A DNA stretch of 64,000 bases from Thainema sp. GTDB taxonomy: Bacteria; Cyanobacteriota; Cyanobacteriia; Phormidesmidales; Phormidesmidaceae. The DNA lies in NCBI GenBank assembly GCA_052168235.1, contig JBQLZK010000008.1, positions 64,001 through 128,000 of the forward strand, written 5' to 3'. Below the pieces are notes generated by a model, which searched no databases, was not told the origin of the DNA, and saw nothing but the letters and a program-made list of their open reading frames with translations. Each line of letters begins with the position of its first letter. The stretch's first letter is position 1. The translations under genes and the position numbers were made by a program. Positions 39,349 to 50,700 of this stretch are shown here, piece after piece.

Positions 39349-40152
39349 TTATGGTGAAGGGGGGAGCTGAGTTGCGATGGGGCGCACAAAGATCGGGCGT
39401 AGTAAATAACCGACTAGAACTAAAAGTGCGATCGCACATGCCCCAATGCCAATCGGGTTCGGTAACCAAAATACCACTTCGAGGTGATTTGGCTGTCCCG
39501 CTCTGGGCGACCATGACCAGCCTGTTTCACCGGGTTGCCGCTGGGGAATATCGCCCGTTACGTCGCCTGTGTCAACGACTTCCAGGGGCCAAGGACTGCT
39601 GAGGCGAATATCTAAATTGAGCAGTGAACCGGAGTTGAGTAGGAGTTCTCCTGTTGCGGTGCGTAAGCCCAATGAAGATAAATCCAGGTCATAAATGAGC
39701 TGATTGCGAACCACGACCAGATAGTTGTGCTGTTGAAGACGGAGATGGGACTCAATCCCGCTGAGGGCAGGCATGAGCGTTCCGCTAGAGGAGGCCGGAG
39801 TGGCTAAATCCGCCGTCAGCAGCTCGGCCTGAAACAGCTGATTAAACTTTTTCTGGAGGTCAGCCCCGTTGTTGAAGGCCACTTGAATCTGCCAGTCCAC
39901 TGGTGACACCTGCCGTACGCGGCCATCAAACTGGTGCGCTTGTTTCTTCAAGCTACTCACCCAATCCTGCACCGAGGGGCTATCGGCCACTTGTTCCGAC
40001 AGGTGGATCTGCTGGGTGACGACGCCATGATTGGCATGGTCAAAGCGAATATCAATGTTGTAGTCGGCGCATCCGGTTAAGCAAAAAAGTGCGATCGCAT
40101 ATCCCAAAATTCGCCAATGAACCAGAAAACCCCTGTTGAGCCACTGTCTCAT
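39349..40152 (-). CDS. DUF3153-like lipoprotein
   Basis: LTGC lipobox, FNNGADLQKKFNQLF, YDLDL, NHLEVVFWLPNPIGIG. Confidence 0.75.
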   Translation of the reverse strand: MRQWLNRGFLVHWRILGYAIALFCLTGCADYNIDIRFDHANHGVVTQQIHLSEQVADSPSVQDWVSSLKKQAHQFDGRVRQVSPVDWQIQVAFNNGADLQKKFNQLFQAELLTADLATPASSSGTLMPALSGIESHLRLQQHNYLVVVRNQLIYDLDLSSLGLRTATGELLLNSGSLLNLDIRLSSPWPLEVVDTGDVTGDIPQRQPGETGWSWSPRAGQPNHLEVVFWLPNPIGIGACAIALLVLVGYLLRPIFVRPIATQLPPSP

Positions 40153-40186
40153 TACTGCTTCTCCCAAATCAATGCCAATCCTAATC

Positions 40187-40279
40187 TATAGCGGTTCTAG
40201 ATAAGAACGAAAGAGCAGAGTGCCTCATCCTGAGGCACTCTGCTCTTTCGTTTTCTCACTCTTAACTGGAATCACTATA
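40187..40279. repeat. MITE-like element (TATAG ends) with a perfect 22-3-22 hairpin
   Basis: TATAGCGGTTCTAGATAAGA...TCTTAACTGGAATCACTATA; core 40206-40252. Confidence 0.75.
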
Positions 40280-40395
40280 TATTCCTATATCGGTCATGAC
40301 AGCATCACCATTTAATCTGAGTGAAAGCGAGTTTATTCAGTTTGTTGAAATTCAGCAAGATAAGTACATGTAAATTCTGCGATCGCACCTTACCC

Positions 40396-40607
40396 TTACT
40401 TCTCAGGCTGCTCAAGTTCCTCTCGAACCGTCCGACGTAGCGTTTCCTCCAGCGGCTCACGTTTTTGCTGAATATGCTGTCGCAGCGCTTCATTGATCAG
40501 GGTTTGATAATTGCTTCCACTCGTCAAATTCAACGGCATCAGCAAAATCAATTCCGTGCTTGCAAAGATTTAGATGTGGCCTTATTTTTATCCCATTGAT
40601 AAACCAT
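40396..40607 (-). pseudogene. Collapsed BrnT/BrnA toxin-antitoxin remnant
   Basis: MVYQWDKNKATS, frameshift to NLCKHGIDFADAV (BrnT N-terminus), joined to NYQTLINEALRQHIQQKREPLEETLRRTVREEL (BrnA C-terminus). Confidence 0.8.
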
Positions 40608-40741
40608 TTAAGGCATGTGTGTACACATGTGCATACTAGACAATCGCTTCTAGGGATCGCAACAAAACTCCTCAATCCTCCACGGGTGACCCAAAGACGC
40701 GATATTCTAGCAACGTTGCATATTTCGCATAATCCAAACAC

Positions 40742-41839
40742 ATGACCGCCAAGCTTGAGCCAAATCTTCAATCGCAGTTTGATCAGTGGGTCAATTTAGC
40801 GTTATCGGGTGAGCTGTTACTGCGATCGCAAGCCCTATCCATCCTCGAAGATGATTCAATAGATCTTCTGCGGTTAGTGGCAGCAGCGGGCGATGTCCGC
40901 ATGGCTCATTTCGGTCGCCAAGTCATGCTGCACCGGATTAATAACATCCAAAATGGCCTCTGTCCGGAAGACTGCGGCTACTGTGGCCAGTCCAAAATTT
41001 CGGATGCGCCCGTTAAAAAATATCCGCTCAAGACCGAAGATGAGATCGTTCAGGAAGCTCACGAAGCAAAGGCCCAGGGCGTTTATCGCTACTGCATGGT
41101 ATCCAGCGGTCGGGGGCCAACGGCAGAGCGGACGCAGCAGCTTGCTCACACCATTCGGCGGATTCGCGACGAAGTTGGCATTCGCACCTGTCTTTCAGTC
41201 GGTTTGATTGACCCAGAGCAGGCTCAAATCCTCAAGGAAGCGGGTCTGGATCGGCTCAATCACAACCTCAACACCAGCGAACGCTACACGCCGGATATTG
41301 TCACGACTCATACGTTTCAGGATCGCGTCAACACGCTGGAAGCGGCACGGCAGGCCGGACTCGATATTTGTAGCGGCATGATTGTCGGCATGGGCGAAAC
41401 CAACAACGATATTTTAGACGTGGCCTATCGCCTACGCGAGCTAAAGACTCCGTCGATTCCAATTAACTTCCTGGTGCCGATTCCCGGCAATCCTATTTAC
41501 GACTTCAATCAGCTCACGCCGGAGCGCTGCCTCAGAATTCTCTGCCTATTCCGCTTTATCAACCCCACTGCCGAAATCCGCATCGGCGGCGGGCGCGAAG
41601 GCCATCTGCGCGGCTTACAGTCCCTCGCCCTCTATCCAGCCAATTCTCTTTTCGTAGAAGGCTACCTCGTCAGTCGCGGTGACATGGTGAAGCAGGTGTA
41701 TGAACTGGTGCGCGATGCTGGATTTGAGCTAGCCGAAGATGCGCTGCCCACTCCAGATGAGAGTTCCGCAACTCGCTATCGACTCGACGACAACCCGAAT
41801 ATTTTGAATCCTAAAACTACACAGATTGCAAACCAGTAA
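40742..41839 (+). CDS. bioB: Biotin synthase
   Basis: CPEDCGYCGQS radical SAM motif, NHNLNTS, CSGMIVGMGE, SIPINFL.PIPG, EIRIGGGRE. Confidence 0.93.
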   Translation: MTAKLEPNLQSQFDQWVNLALSGELLLRSQALSILEDDSIDLLRLVAAAGDVRMAHFGRQVMLHRINNIQNGLCPEDCGYCGQSKISDAPVKKYPLKTEDEIVQEAHEAKAQGVYRYCMVSSGRGPTAERTQQLAHTIRRIRDEVGIRTCLSVGLIDPEQAQILKEAGLDRLNHNLNTSERYTPDIVTTHTFQDRVNTLEAARQAGLDICSGMIVGMGETNNDILDVAYRLRELKTPSIPINFLVPIPGNPIYDFNQLTPERCLRILCLFRFINPTAEIRIGGGREGHLRGLQSLALYPANSLFVEGYLVSRGDMVKQVYELVRDAGFELAEDALPTPDESSATRYRLDDNPNILNPKTTQIANQ

Positions 41840-41893
41840 CTTATTTCACATAGATTCACTTGAGGAGGCAAAGACTGCATAAGCAGACTCCTC

Positions 41894-42160
41894 TTACGCC
41901 GTCCGAACTTCTGGAGATGGAGCACCCCTCAACATTCCGGAAGTGCTTAGATCTTCGTCTAGTTGTTCCCAGTGAATGCCATAACCACCGCCGCAAATCT
42001 CCCATTCAGCACGTTGAGCAGGAGTCGCATTGAGCAATCGAGGATACCAAACTAGCGGTACCGTAATTGTGCGACCATCCATCAAATCGACGCTAATCGT
42101 GTCGTCTGTAAAGTAGACGTGTTTAACACGCTCATCTACTTGAATTGCCGAAGTACCCAT
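41894..42160 (-). CDS. DUF2442 domain protein
   Basis: VDLMDGRTITVPLVWYPRLLNATP, GIHWEQLDEDLS. Confidence 0.88.
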   Translation of the reverse strand: MGTSAIQVDERVKHVYFTDDTISVDLMDGRTITVPLVWYPRLLNATPAQRAEWEICGGGYGIHWEQLDEDLSTSGMLRGAPSPEVRTA

Positions 42161-42377
42161 CCCATGCCTCCAGAAGCGTTTGTTGATGCTCTAGAACCAG
42201 TCCTTGCAGTTTTCGTAACTCTTTCGCACTAAAGCCAATATTGCTGGCCAACTCTGCGGATGCCAACCAAAACTTAGCCGATGCTCGATCTCGATCGATA
42301 TGGATATGAGGCGGTTCGTTTGGTTCATGACTATAAAAATAGAACCGATACGGCCCGACTCTCAAAACTGTTGGCAT
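42132..42377 (-). CDS. DUF4160 domain protein
   Basis: MPTVLRVGPYRFYFYSHE..EPPHIHI, AKFWL. Confidence 0.88.
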   Translation of the reverse strand: MPTVLRVGPYRFYFYSHEPNEPPHIHIDRDRASAKFWLASAELASNIGFSAKELRKLQGLVLEHQQTLLEAWDGYFGNSSR

Positions 42378-42416
42378 ATATGTTTACGCTACCGCACCCA
42401 ATACGCTTAATTACAG

Positions 42417-43910
42417 TTAATATCCATTCCAGGGGCTAACTTGTAGAATGCCGTCTTCAGTGAAGACCACCATGAAGTCGGTGCGGGGAGATTGCGATCG
42501 CGGATTTAAATCTTCTTCTAACTGTGCCAATGGGCCATCATCAGCGCTTTCAGCGGCATCGTTCTCAGGTGAGATCGCTAATACTTGGCCATCCTGATCA
42601 AACGTTACCCGATACATCAGCTCGGATGGAAACTCCTGCCGCTCATAATCCTCACGAATCAGATCGTAGAGATCACCCGTCAGCGTTTCTAACGTCGCTG
42701 TATCCGTAATCTCGGCCCCTTCGGCAACAGGTTGTTCAGTTGAATTAGTATCCCCTGTCGTGTCCGTATCCGCCTCTGACGTTTCAGTTTCATCAACCTC
42801 ATCAGCGGCAGGAGACGGCGACGTTGCATACCAGGGGCTAACTTCAACCACACCTCTGGGAGTAATCACCACCCGATGCTGGCTGATCAGCTGATCGGGG
42901 TCAATCGGCTCAGACTGATCGCTTCGTCGCAAATCAGGTAGCGGAGTCTGATCAACCGCATTTAAAGCGGAATCGCTGAGATAGCGATAACCCACAATGT
43001 TGCCATCTTCACTGAGGGCAACACGATACTCCAGATCCTCTTCGACATCCAGATTATCGGTATCCAATGCATCTACGATACGCGCCCGCAAATCTTGATT
43101 AAGCTGAGACACTTGCGCTTCATCCGTCAGCGGATTTGCTTGCTCCAGCACCGTCTCAAAATCACTGGCACTGGCTTCATCCAGACCAGCCGCATCAGCG
43201 GAGGCATCTGCATCAGTAGCTTCACCGTCCGTAACATCGTTATCAGGCGGGTTATCTGCCGCAGCACTATCGGTTTCACCTGGAATGGATTCAACATTCG
43301 ATTGGGCCGCAGGTTCTTCTTCAACTCGTCGGACTTCTGGATTAGGAATAAAGAAGAAAGCAATCGCCGCAACCGCCAAACTCGATAAACCCAATGCTGC
43401 AGGCAAAGCCCGTTGCGTGATCGGTTCACCCGATTTGGCTCGTCGTCTCGAAACTGGCTGAAGCTGGAGGGAGAGATGCGGAAGAGTTTGGTTATCTGCT
43501 AAGGCTTGATCAATGGCTTCTACTAAATCAAACAGTTGAACCGATGACAGCCTCACTTCCGTCATACCGTCACTGTTGCCATTGCCGTTGGGACTATTTC
43601 CATTCCGCACAATCAGGCGATGATAGCGGTCGCCACCAGCCTGTAGCTCAACGAGAGACGATTCAGCATGGCGATGGGCAGGAGATGGAATACCGCTTAA
43701 TACTTCTTGAGAATAGCGGCTAACCGCAGCGACTAGATTTTCGAAAAACTCACTGCCACCTGCCAGAGGCTGCTCCTGCCCAACAAATCGACATTCTGCA
43801 TTGACCAGTACGTTGAGTAGGGGACGACTGTCTAGCGTAGCGGCCTCTTCACCGACACCCTCCAATACCAACGTACAGTTGGGCAAACTGTATTGCCGCT
43901 GAATCGTCAT
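42417..43910 (-). CDS. DUF4335 domain membrane protein
   Basis: IQRQYSLPNCTLVLEG, QLFDLVEAIDQ; two C-terminal repeats ending V.PW. Confidence 0.82.
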   Translation of the reverse strand: MTIQRQYSLPNCTLVLEGVGEEAATLDSRPLLNVLVNAECRFVGQEQPLAGGSEFFENLVAAVSRYSQEVLSGIPSPAHRHAESSLVELQAGGDRYHRLIVRNGNSPNGNGNSDGMTEVRLSSVQLFDLVEAIDQALADNQTLPHLSLQLQPVSRRRAKSGEPITQRALPAALGLSSLAVAAIAFFFIPNPEVRRVEEEPAAQSNVESIPGETDSAAADNPPDNDVTDGEATDADASADAAGLDEASASDFETVLEQANPLTDEAQVSQLNQDLRARIVDALDTDNLDVEEDLEYRVALSEDGNIVGYRYLSDSALNAVDQTPLPDLRRSDQSEPIDPDQLISQHRVVITPRGVVEVSPWYATSPSPAADEVDETETSEADTDTTGDTNSTEQPVAEGAEITDTATLETLTGDLYDLIREDYERQEFPSELMYRVTFDQDGQVLAISPENDAAESADDGPLAQLEEDLNPRSQSPRTDFMVVFTEDGILQVSPWNGY

Positions 43911-44512
43911 TACACTTCTCCATCAAATAGACTCGACCACAGCCGCTGTGGGCCATAGGTACCCGTGCAGAACAGCAGTTGCTCTAGCAAATCCAAGGCG
44001 AGTTGGTTGAGTTTTTCGTCGGTACTGTAAACCATCACTCCGGCACGACGAGGATTCATGCGAGAGCGGAAATGAGCTCGGAACCGCTCTAAATAGTCAG
44101 CCAGCCGAAAATGGTGTTCGAGCGAAAGCTGCTTATCGCTCAGTTGTTGATAACCCAACAGCAGTTGACGAATCAGAACCGTCAGCCGTCGTGCCAGGTT
44201 ACAAATAATGACAACCAGGGCTTTGCCTTCAGTTTGAGTCAGCATTCTGCGCTGGCTGTAGCGGCGCAGAGGATTCGTACCGCGAATGCGCCAGAGGGCA
44301 ACGCGATTTTTAATAATGCCTTGCAAACCAAGCTCTTTAGCCACAATTAAGATAGCTTCTGAACTGTCCAAATCTAGCGCCTCAATCGCGAGGAGCAAAA
44401 AATCAATTTGAATTTGAGCACGGCGAGGGCAGCTGCCATCGGACGTGGATTGGTCGGGCAGGCTCTCTAAAATTATGGGATTAGACCGCGCGGGTGGACT
44501 TTGTACTGGCAT
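43910..44512 (-). CDS. DUF3038 domain protein
   Basis: LLLAIEAL, NRVALWRIRGTNPLRR, LLFCTG..G.QRLW.SLFDGEV. Confidence 0.82.
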   Translation of the reverse strand: MPVQSPPARSNPIILESLPDQSTSDGSCPRRAQIQIDFLLLAIEALDLDSSEAILIVAKELGLQGIIKNRVALWRIRGTNPLRRYSQRRMLTQTEGKALVVIICNLARRLTVLIRQLLLGYQQLSDKQLSLEHHFRLADYLERFRAHFRSRMNPRRAGVMVYSTDEKLNQLALDLLEQLLFCTGTYGPQRLWSSLFDGEV

Positions 44513-44793
44513 TGCCTTCAAAAGCGATATCAGCAGAATTTTAGCAAAATGCGACTCACATCTTTGACTTGTACCCTAAGTTCAGGGTTCCAATCCGATA
44601 ATGAACCACTGACATTTCCGAGCTTAGCGCAGGCGCTCTCCGGATTTCATCAATGATAAATATCGATAGAGACCTGGGTTGCGAAGCTCAGTATAGACGA
44701 TTGTGACGAGACTGATAACTATCCTTTCACCTATTTCTTTGTTATCGCCTCTGTCCTGAACTGGGCTTAGCGTACCCGTAAACGGGTCTGCAT

Positions 44794-47700
44794 TTATCCA
44801 TTTAAGTTAAGAATGTCCTGGATGAGGTTAAGCAACATTTCATAATCAAAATTACGAATTTTTTGCTCTAGCGCCTGAGCCAGATCAGTTTGATTCGATG
44901 GCAGTGCTTCCACTAGCGCAAACATCTGCGTTCGATCGAGCTGGGTGATGGCGTTGTAGAGCTGGAGAAGCCAATCGTGCGGAAGCTTTTCTAGGGCGGC
45001 TTGCGTCAATTCGAACGTAGTGGGTTTCGCAGAGGGCTGTTCTGCATCCTGGGATTCGTACAGGTAGCGAACGCCTAGATGCTCAGCCAGTAGCTGAATG
45101 ATTTCGGCTTCTCGGATAGGTTTGCGGAGAAAGGCGTCACAGCCAACGGTTTGAAATTCGGTTTGGTTATCTTCAAATGCTCCTGCTGTTAGGGCAATGA
45201 TTTTCGTCGGTTTGTTCAGTCGTTGCGTGATGGGTTGCATGGTGGATTGATCGAGTGGATACGTGGATGGAGTTGCATTTGCCTCTGGTTGCTTCCACTG
45301 CTGCTCTTGCTGTCGGATTTGCTGGGCAGCTTCGTAGCCGTTCAGATTGGGCATCCGAATATCCATGAAGATGAGATGGGGATGCCAGGTTCGCCAGCGC
45401 TCGATAGCTTCCTGACCGTTATTGGCAGTTTGGACTTTGAAGCCTAGATCCGTCAGCAAATCCTGGAGCAGAATGCGATTGCCCAAATTGTCCTCAGCGA
45501 TGAGGATGCGATATTGGGGTTGGTCAGGTGCGATCGCAATTACGCGTCGTTGGGGTTCAAGTCGCTCATCGGCGTAGGTCTGTCCCACACGGACGGGCAC
45601 TTCAAAGATGAAGGTGGAACCCACTCCCACCTGGCTTTCGACCCAAATTGAACCACCCATCAACCGCGCGAACTGCTGGCTAATTGATAATCCTAGCCCC
45701 GTGCCCTCTTGAGCCGAGTAGCGCTCATTCGAGGCTTGCACAAAGGGAGCAAAGAGGACATCGAGTTCTGCGGGTGCCATACCGCAACCCGTGTCTTCCA
45801 CTTCGAAGCGGAGGGTAAGGGTTGAGGAAGAAGTTGAGAAAATTGTGTTAGGTGTGATTGGGGCAGATGGGTTGAGGGGAGGGTGTTCACGGTTGTTTGG
45901 GCCATCGTTTAGTTGATTGTCAGGTTGATTGTCAGGTTGGTTGTCAGGTAGTTCATCGTTATCCGTTAATGGGTGTGTTGCTTGGGGCGTGTTTAGGCCA
46001 TGACCCGATGTGTCGATGCTGAAGCCAACGCGTAGGGCCACGTATCCCGTTTGCGTAAACTTGATTGCGTTACCCAACAGGTTAATCAGCACCTGACGCA
46101 GTTTGCGGCTGTCGGCCTGGATGGAGGGCGGCAGATCCGATGGATAAGTCACGGTGAAGGTTAGACCTTTGGATTTGGCTTTTAGCTTGAGCAGATCCGT
46201 CAGGCTGTCTAGCAGCAGGGGCAAGCTGAAATCCGTTGGGTTGAGCGTGACTCGGCCAGCCTCGATTTTGGACATTTCGAGAATGTCATTAATTAAGGCC
46301 AGCAGGTGTTCACCGCTGCGATTAATAATCTGGAGATTGTCTAAGTGTTTACTCGGCAACTGCACATCGCGAGCCATCAGTTGACTAAAGCCCAGAATGG
46401 CATTGAGCGGTGTCCGCAGCTCGTGGCTCATATTGGCCAGAAAAACGCTTTTGGCCCGATTCGCGGCTTCCGCCGCTTCTTTGGCTTCAACTAGTTCGAT
46501 AGTGCGTTCAGCCACACGTTGCTCTAATTCCAGATTGATCTGGCGCAGATTTTCTTCGGCCTGCTTGAGAACTGTAATGTCCCGCATGATCGCCGAGAGG
46601 TACTGTAGCTGTCCGGTCGGAGACTTGTGAGCAATTAGAAGTAAAGAAACGGGAATTTCTTCGCCCGTGATCCTCAGCAGGGCAGATTCTCCGACCCAAA
46701 TGCCCGAACGGATGGCAGTCGGCACACCTTGGTTAATAATGATTTGCCAGGCCCATTCCGGATGGCAACTGGCGATGGGAATTTGGTCAAATGGCTGATC
46801 AGCGGGCAGATCGCGCAGTTGCTTGAGCTGTCGGTTCATCCAAATGATCTGGCCTTCGGGAGAGGCAATGCCGATGTAGTCGGACGAGGCTTCCAGAATC
46901 GCTAGTAAACGGGCCTGTTCTTCTTCGAGCCGTTTGCGATCGCTAATGTCTTCGGCAATACCCGCAATCCGATAGACCTGACCTGATTGATCGCGGATGG
47001 GAAAAGCGCGATCTCGAACCCAGCGGATCTCACCATCTGGCCGGATAATCCGATATTCCACTTCAGAGTAATCATTGGCGTCAGCATCTATAAACGGCAA
47101 ACTGCGATCGCGATCGTCTGGATGGATCGATGCCTGCCAATTTCTCAGATTCAGATGTTGGGTCGATACCCCCCAAATGCGTTCATAGGTGGGGCTGACG
47201 TACAAAAACTCGTGCTGTAAGTCGGTCAGCCAGAAAACTTCATTGATGTTTTCGGCAATCTGACGGAAACGTTCTTCGCTAGCCCGCAGCGCTTCTTCTG
47301 CCTGCTTGCGCTCGTCCATATCGGTGTGGGTACCCAGCATGCGTAGCGGATTGCCCTGCGGATCCCAAGCCACAATTTTGCCGAGAGACAGAACCCATTT
47401 CCAGTGGCCATTTGCCATCCGCTGGCGAAACTCCACCTTATATTCGGGAATTTCGCCCGTTACATAGGATCGGTATACTTGACCCACGCGCTCGTGATCA
47501 TCTGGATGGAGACGCTGGAGCCATTTTGCATTCGTTTCCTGGAAGGTGGCCGGGTCATAGCCCAACATGGTGGCATAGGTGGGGCTAACGACGGCGTCCC
47601 CAGTCTGCAAATCCAGATCATAGAGTCCCTGATCAGCTGCGGCTAGGGCGAGACGGAGGCGTTCTTCACTGTCGCGCAGGGCCTCTTCCGCCTGCTTGCG

Positions 47701-50700
47701 CTCGGTAATATCGACCACCACGCCTACGATGCGCCATCCGGTTCCATCTTCAGTAGCAACGACTTTACCATTAGCCGACACCCAGCGTAGCGCTCCATCC
47801 CGGCGATGAATCCGATACTCCTCGCTGTAGGGGGCTTGCGTCGCAAAACTGTGGTTTAAGGCGGCCAGTATCCGCTCCTGATCGGCCACATGCACCAACT
47901 GCAAAAATGAGTTCCCATCACCGGGGAATTCTCTGGGGCCATAGCCAAAGATCGCTTCCGTACGCTCTGACCATGTGCCAGATGCTGAGCTCATCGCTTC
48001 CCATGAGCCCATCTGAGCTGATTCTAAAGCCAGTTCCAGGCGCAATCGTTCCGACTGGAGCTGCTGCTCAGCCTGTTTGCGATCGCGAATATCTTGAATG
48101 ATGCCAATAAAGTACTGCGGCTCACCGCACCAGTTGCGCACTAGGGAAACAGACAAGTTGGCCCAAACCGCTGTGCCGTCTTTGCAGATGTAGCGCTTCT
48201 CCATGACAAAGGTAGACGCTTCCCCGGCTAGTAAGCGCTGGATATGAGCTTGATCCTGAGCCAAATCATCTGGGTGGGTAACGTCGGCAAATGTTTGATC
48301 GAGCAGTTCTACTTCTGAATAGCCAAGGATATCGCAAAACTTTTGATTTACCTGCACCAAATGGCCAGTGACACTGGCCTGAACAATGCCCACAGCAGCC
48401 TGTTCGAACGTCGCTCGCAAACGCACTTCGCTTTCTCGCAGAGCAATTTCAGTCTGCTTCCGTGCAGAAATATCTTCAATCACCACGATGCCATAGGCGG
48501 GTGTACCGTCCGCCTGCCAAACCAGTGACACCGTTGTATTGGCCCAGAGGAGCGAACCATCTTTTTTGACGTAGCGCTTTTCTAGCGAAAAATCACTAAT
48601 TTCTTGTTGATACAGCTGCTCCACAGCGGTCTGACTCCGTTCTAGATCCTCGGCATAGGTCAGATCCACAAACGTCAGCTGAGCCAGTTCGGTATGACTG
48701 TAGCCCAGCAAATCACAAAAGCGCTGATTGACTTTAATAAACTGATGGGTTTGACCTTCCACTTGGGCCATGCCAACCGCAGCTGAGCTAAACAGTGATT
48801 CTAGTTCTTGTTCCCGGATGCGCAGCGCCGCTGTCCGCTCGTCAATTAGAGCTTCTAAGTTGCGATTCAGCTGTTCGACAGCAGCTTGAGCCTGCTGCCG
48901 TTCAATTTCGGCCCGTTTGCGATCGCTAATGTCCCAGTTCACCCCGGTCATGCGCAGTGCTTTCCCGTCAGCATCGCGCAGGGTGATGGCATGGGCTTCG
49001 ATGAACCGAATCTGACCGTCCGGCCACAGGATGCGAAATTCGATATGAAACTCTTGTGTTCCAGCAATGGTCGCTTGCAAACTGGCCTGTGCCGCAGCGG
49101 CATCGTGGGGATGCAGACGCTGCTCCCAAAACTGCGTGCTATGGATAGCCCGGCTCGGCTTCAATCCATAGATTTCGTACATCCGATCGTCCCAAAGCAG
49201 GTGATCTTGAGTCAAATCCAGATCCCAAATGCCAATTTCCGCCGCATTGGTGGCTAAAGTTAAGCGCTTTGTCACTTCTTGCAGCTGAGCTTCAGCAAAT
49301 TTGCGATCGCTAATATCCTCAAGGGTGCCAACGATACGCGTGATGATACCCGTCTCATCGGTGAGAGGAAAGGCTTGCGATCTCAGCCAGCGCAGCTCTC
49401 CGTCTCCGCGCATGAAGCGATATTCCTCATCAAAGACCTCACCCTCTAGCTCACGCTGCACGGCAGCCGCTACCCGATCCCGATCCTCGGCATACACATT
49501 GTCTATCCATCCATTCCACGCATCCGCCGCATCAAATGTGCTGCCCGTGATCACCTCACAGGCTGGATTGGTGTAGGAATATTGCCGCATGGCGGTTTCA
49601 AACACAAAAAAGCCTTCTCGCACCGTTTCCGCCAGTTGCTGAAAGCGAGCTTCTTTCTCTTGCAGAGTCAGTTCTGCCTGTTTGCGATCGCTAATATCTG
49701 AAACTGTGCCAACATAACCGAGCAGCTTGCCATCATCATCAAACTCAGGCACCATTTGCACATCAAACCACAACACGGTGCCGTCCGGGCGGAGATGGCG
49801 ACCCTCATTGCGGAAGCTGGTCTGTTGAGCCATCGCCTCCGCCCAAGCCGTCAGTAACCGATCGCGATCCTCGGGATGCAAAATTTCGACCCAGGCATCC
49901 CCAGATACTTCTGCCAGCGCTCGACCCGTCAATTCGCACCAGCGCGAATTGACATACACACACTGCCCCGATGCATCAAATCGAAAAATGCCCACCGGAG
50001 AAATTTCCGTCAGAGTGGCATAGCGCCGCTCACTGTCTCGCAATGCCAATTCCGCTTGTTTGCGATCGGTAATGTCGATATAAACACCAAACATACCGAC
50101 CGTCCCGTTTAGATCCGGGAAAGGGCCAACAATCCGGTGAAAGTATCGGTCTTGTCCCGCCACCGTTTCCCATTCTTCAAAATGAAGATATTCTCCGAGC
50201 TGACAGCGCCGCTTACTCTCAAAATAGACTGGAGCATAATTGGGTAAATTCGGTACATCGGCAGGAACCGCCCCCAGATGATTACCAAACCGCTCGATAT
50301 TGACCGTATTTTGCAGTACCAGTCGATCTTGGGCATCGCGCATCCACACCCCAAACGGCAGTGCATCAATCAGCATTTGCAGCCGCTGCTCACTCATTTG
50401 CAAGGCCGCTTCCGCCTGTTTGCGCTCTGTAATATCTCGAACAATGACTAAAACTTCGTCTTGGCTAGTCGGTGAAATGCGAACTTCCTCAGTCGCATTA
50501 AATTCGCCGTTGAAAAACTCCTGTTCGTAAATCTGTAGTTCGCCTGTTGCTAATGCTTGCTGAATATGGTGCAGGCGCAGATCCGCTAGATGAGTCGGTA
50601 GTCCTTGATCGTAGATGTTCAAGCCAATCAGCGCTGTCCCCCCCACAACGGTCATGTTGCTGGCCGTAAACAGATCAAGGTACATTCCCTCACGGTTCAT

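Noticed and set aside
40305..40771. ORFs 40305..40493, 40490..40771 and 40560..40745 as real genes
   Set aside because: Explained as mixed frames over the BrnT/BrnA remnant
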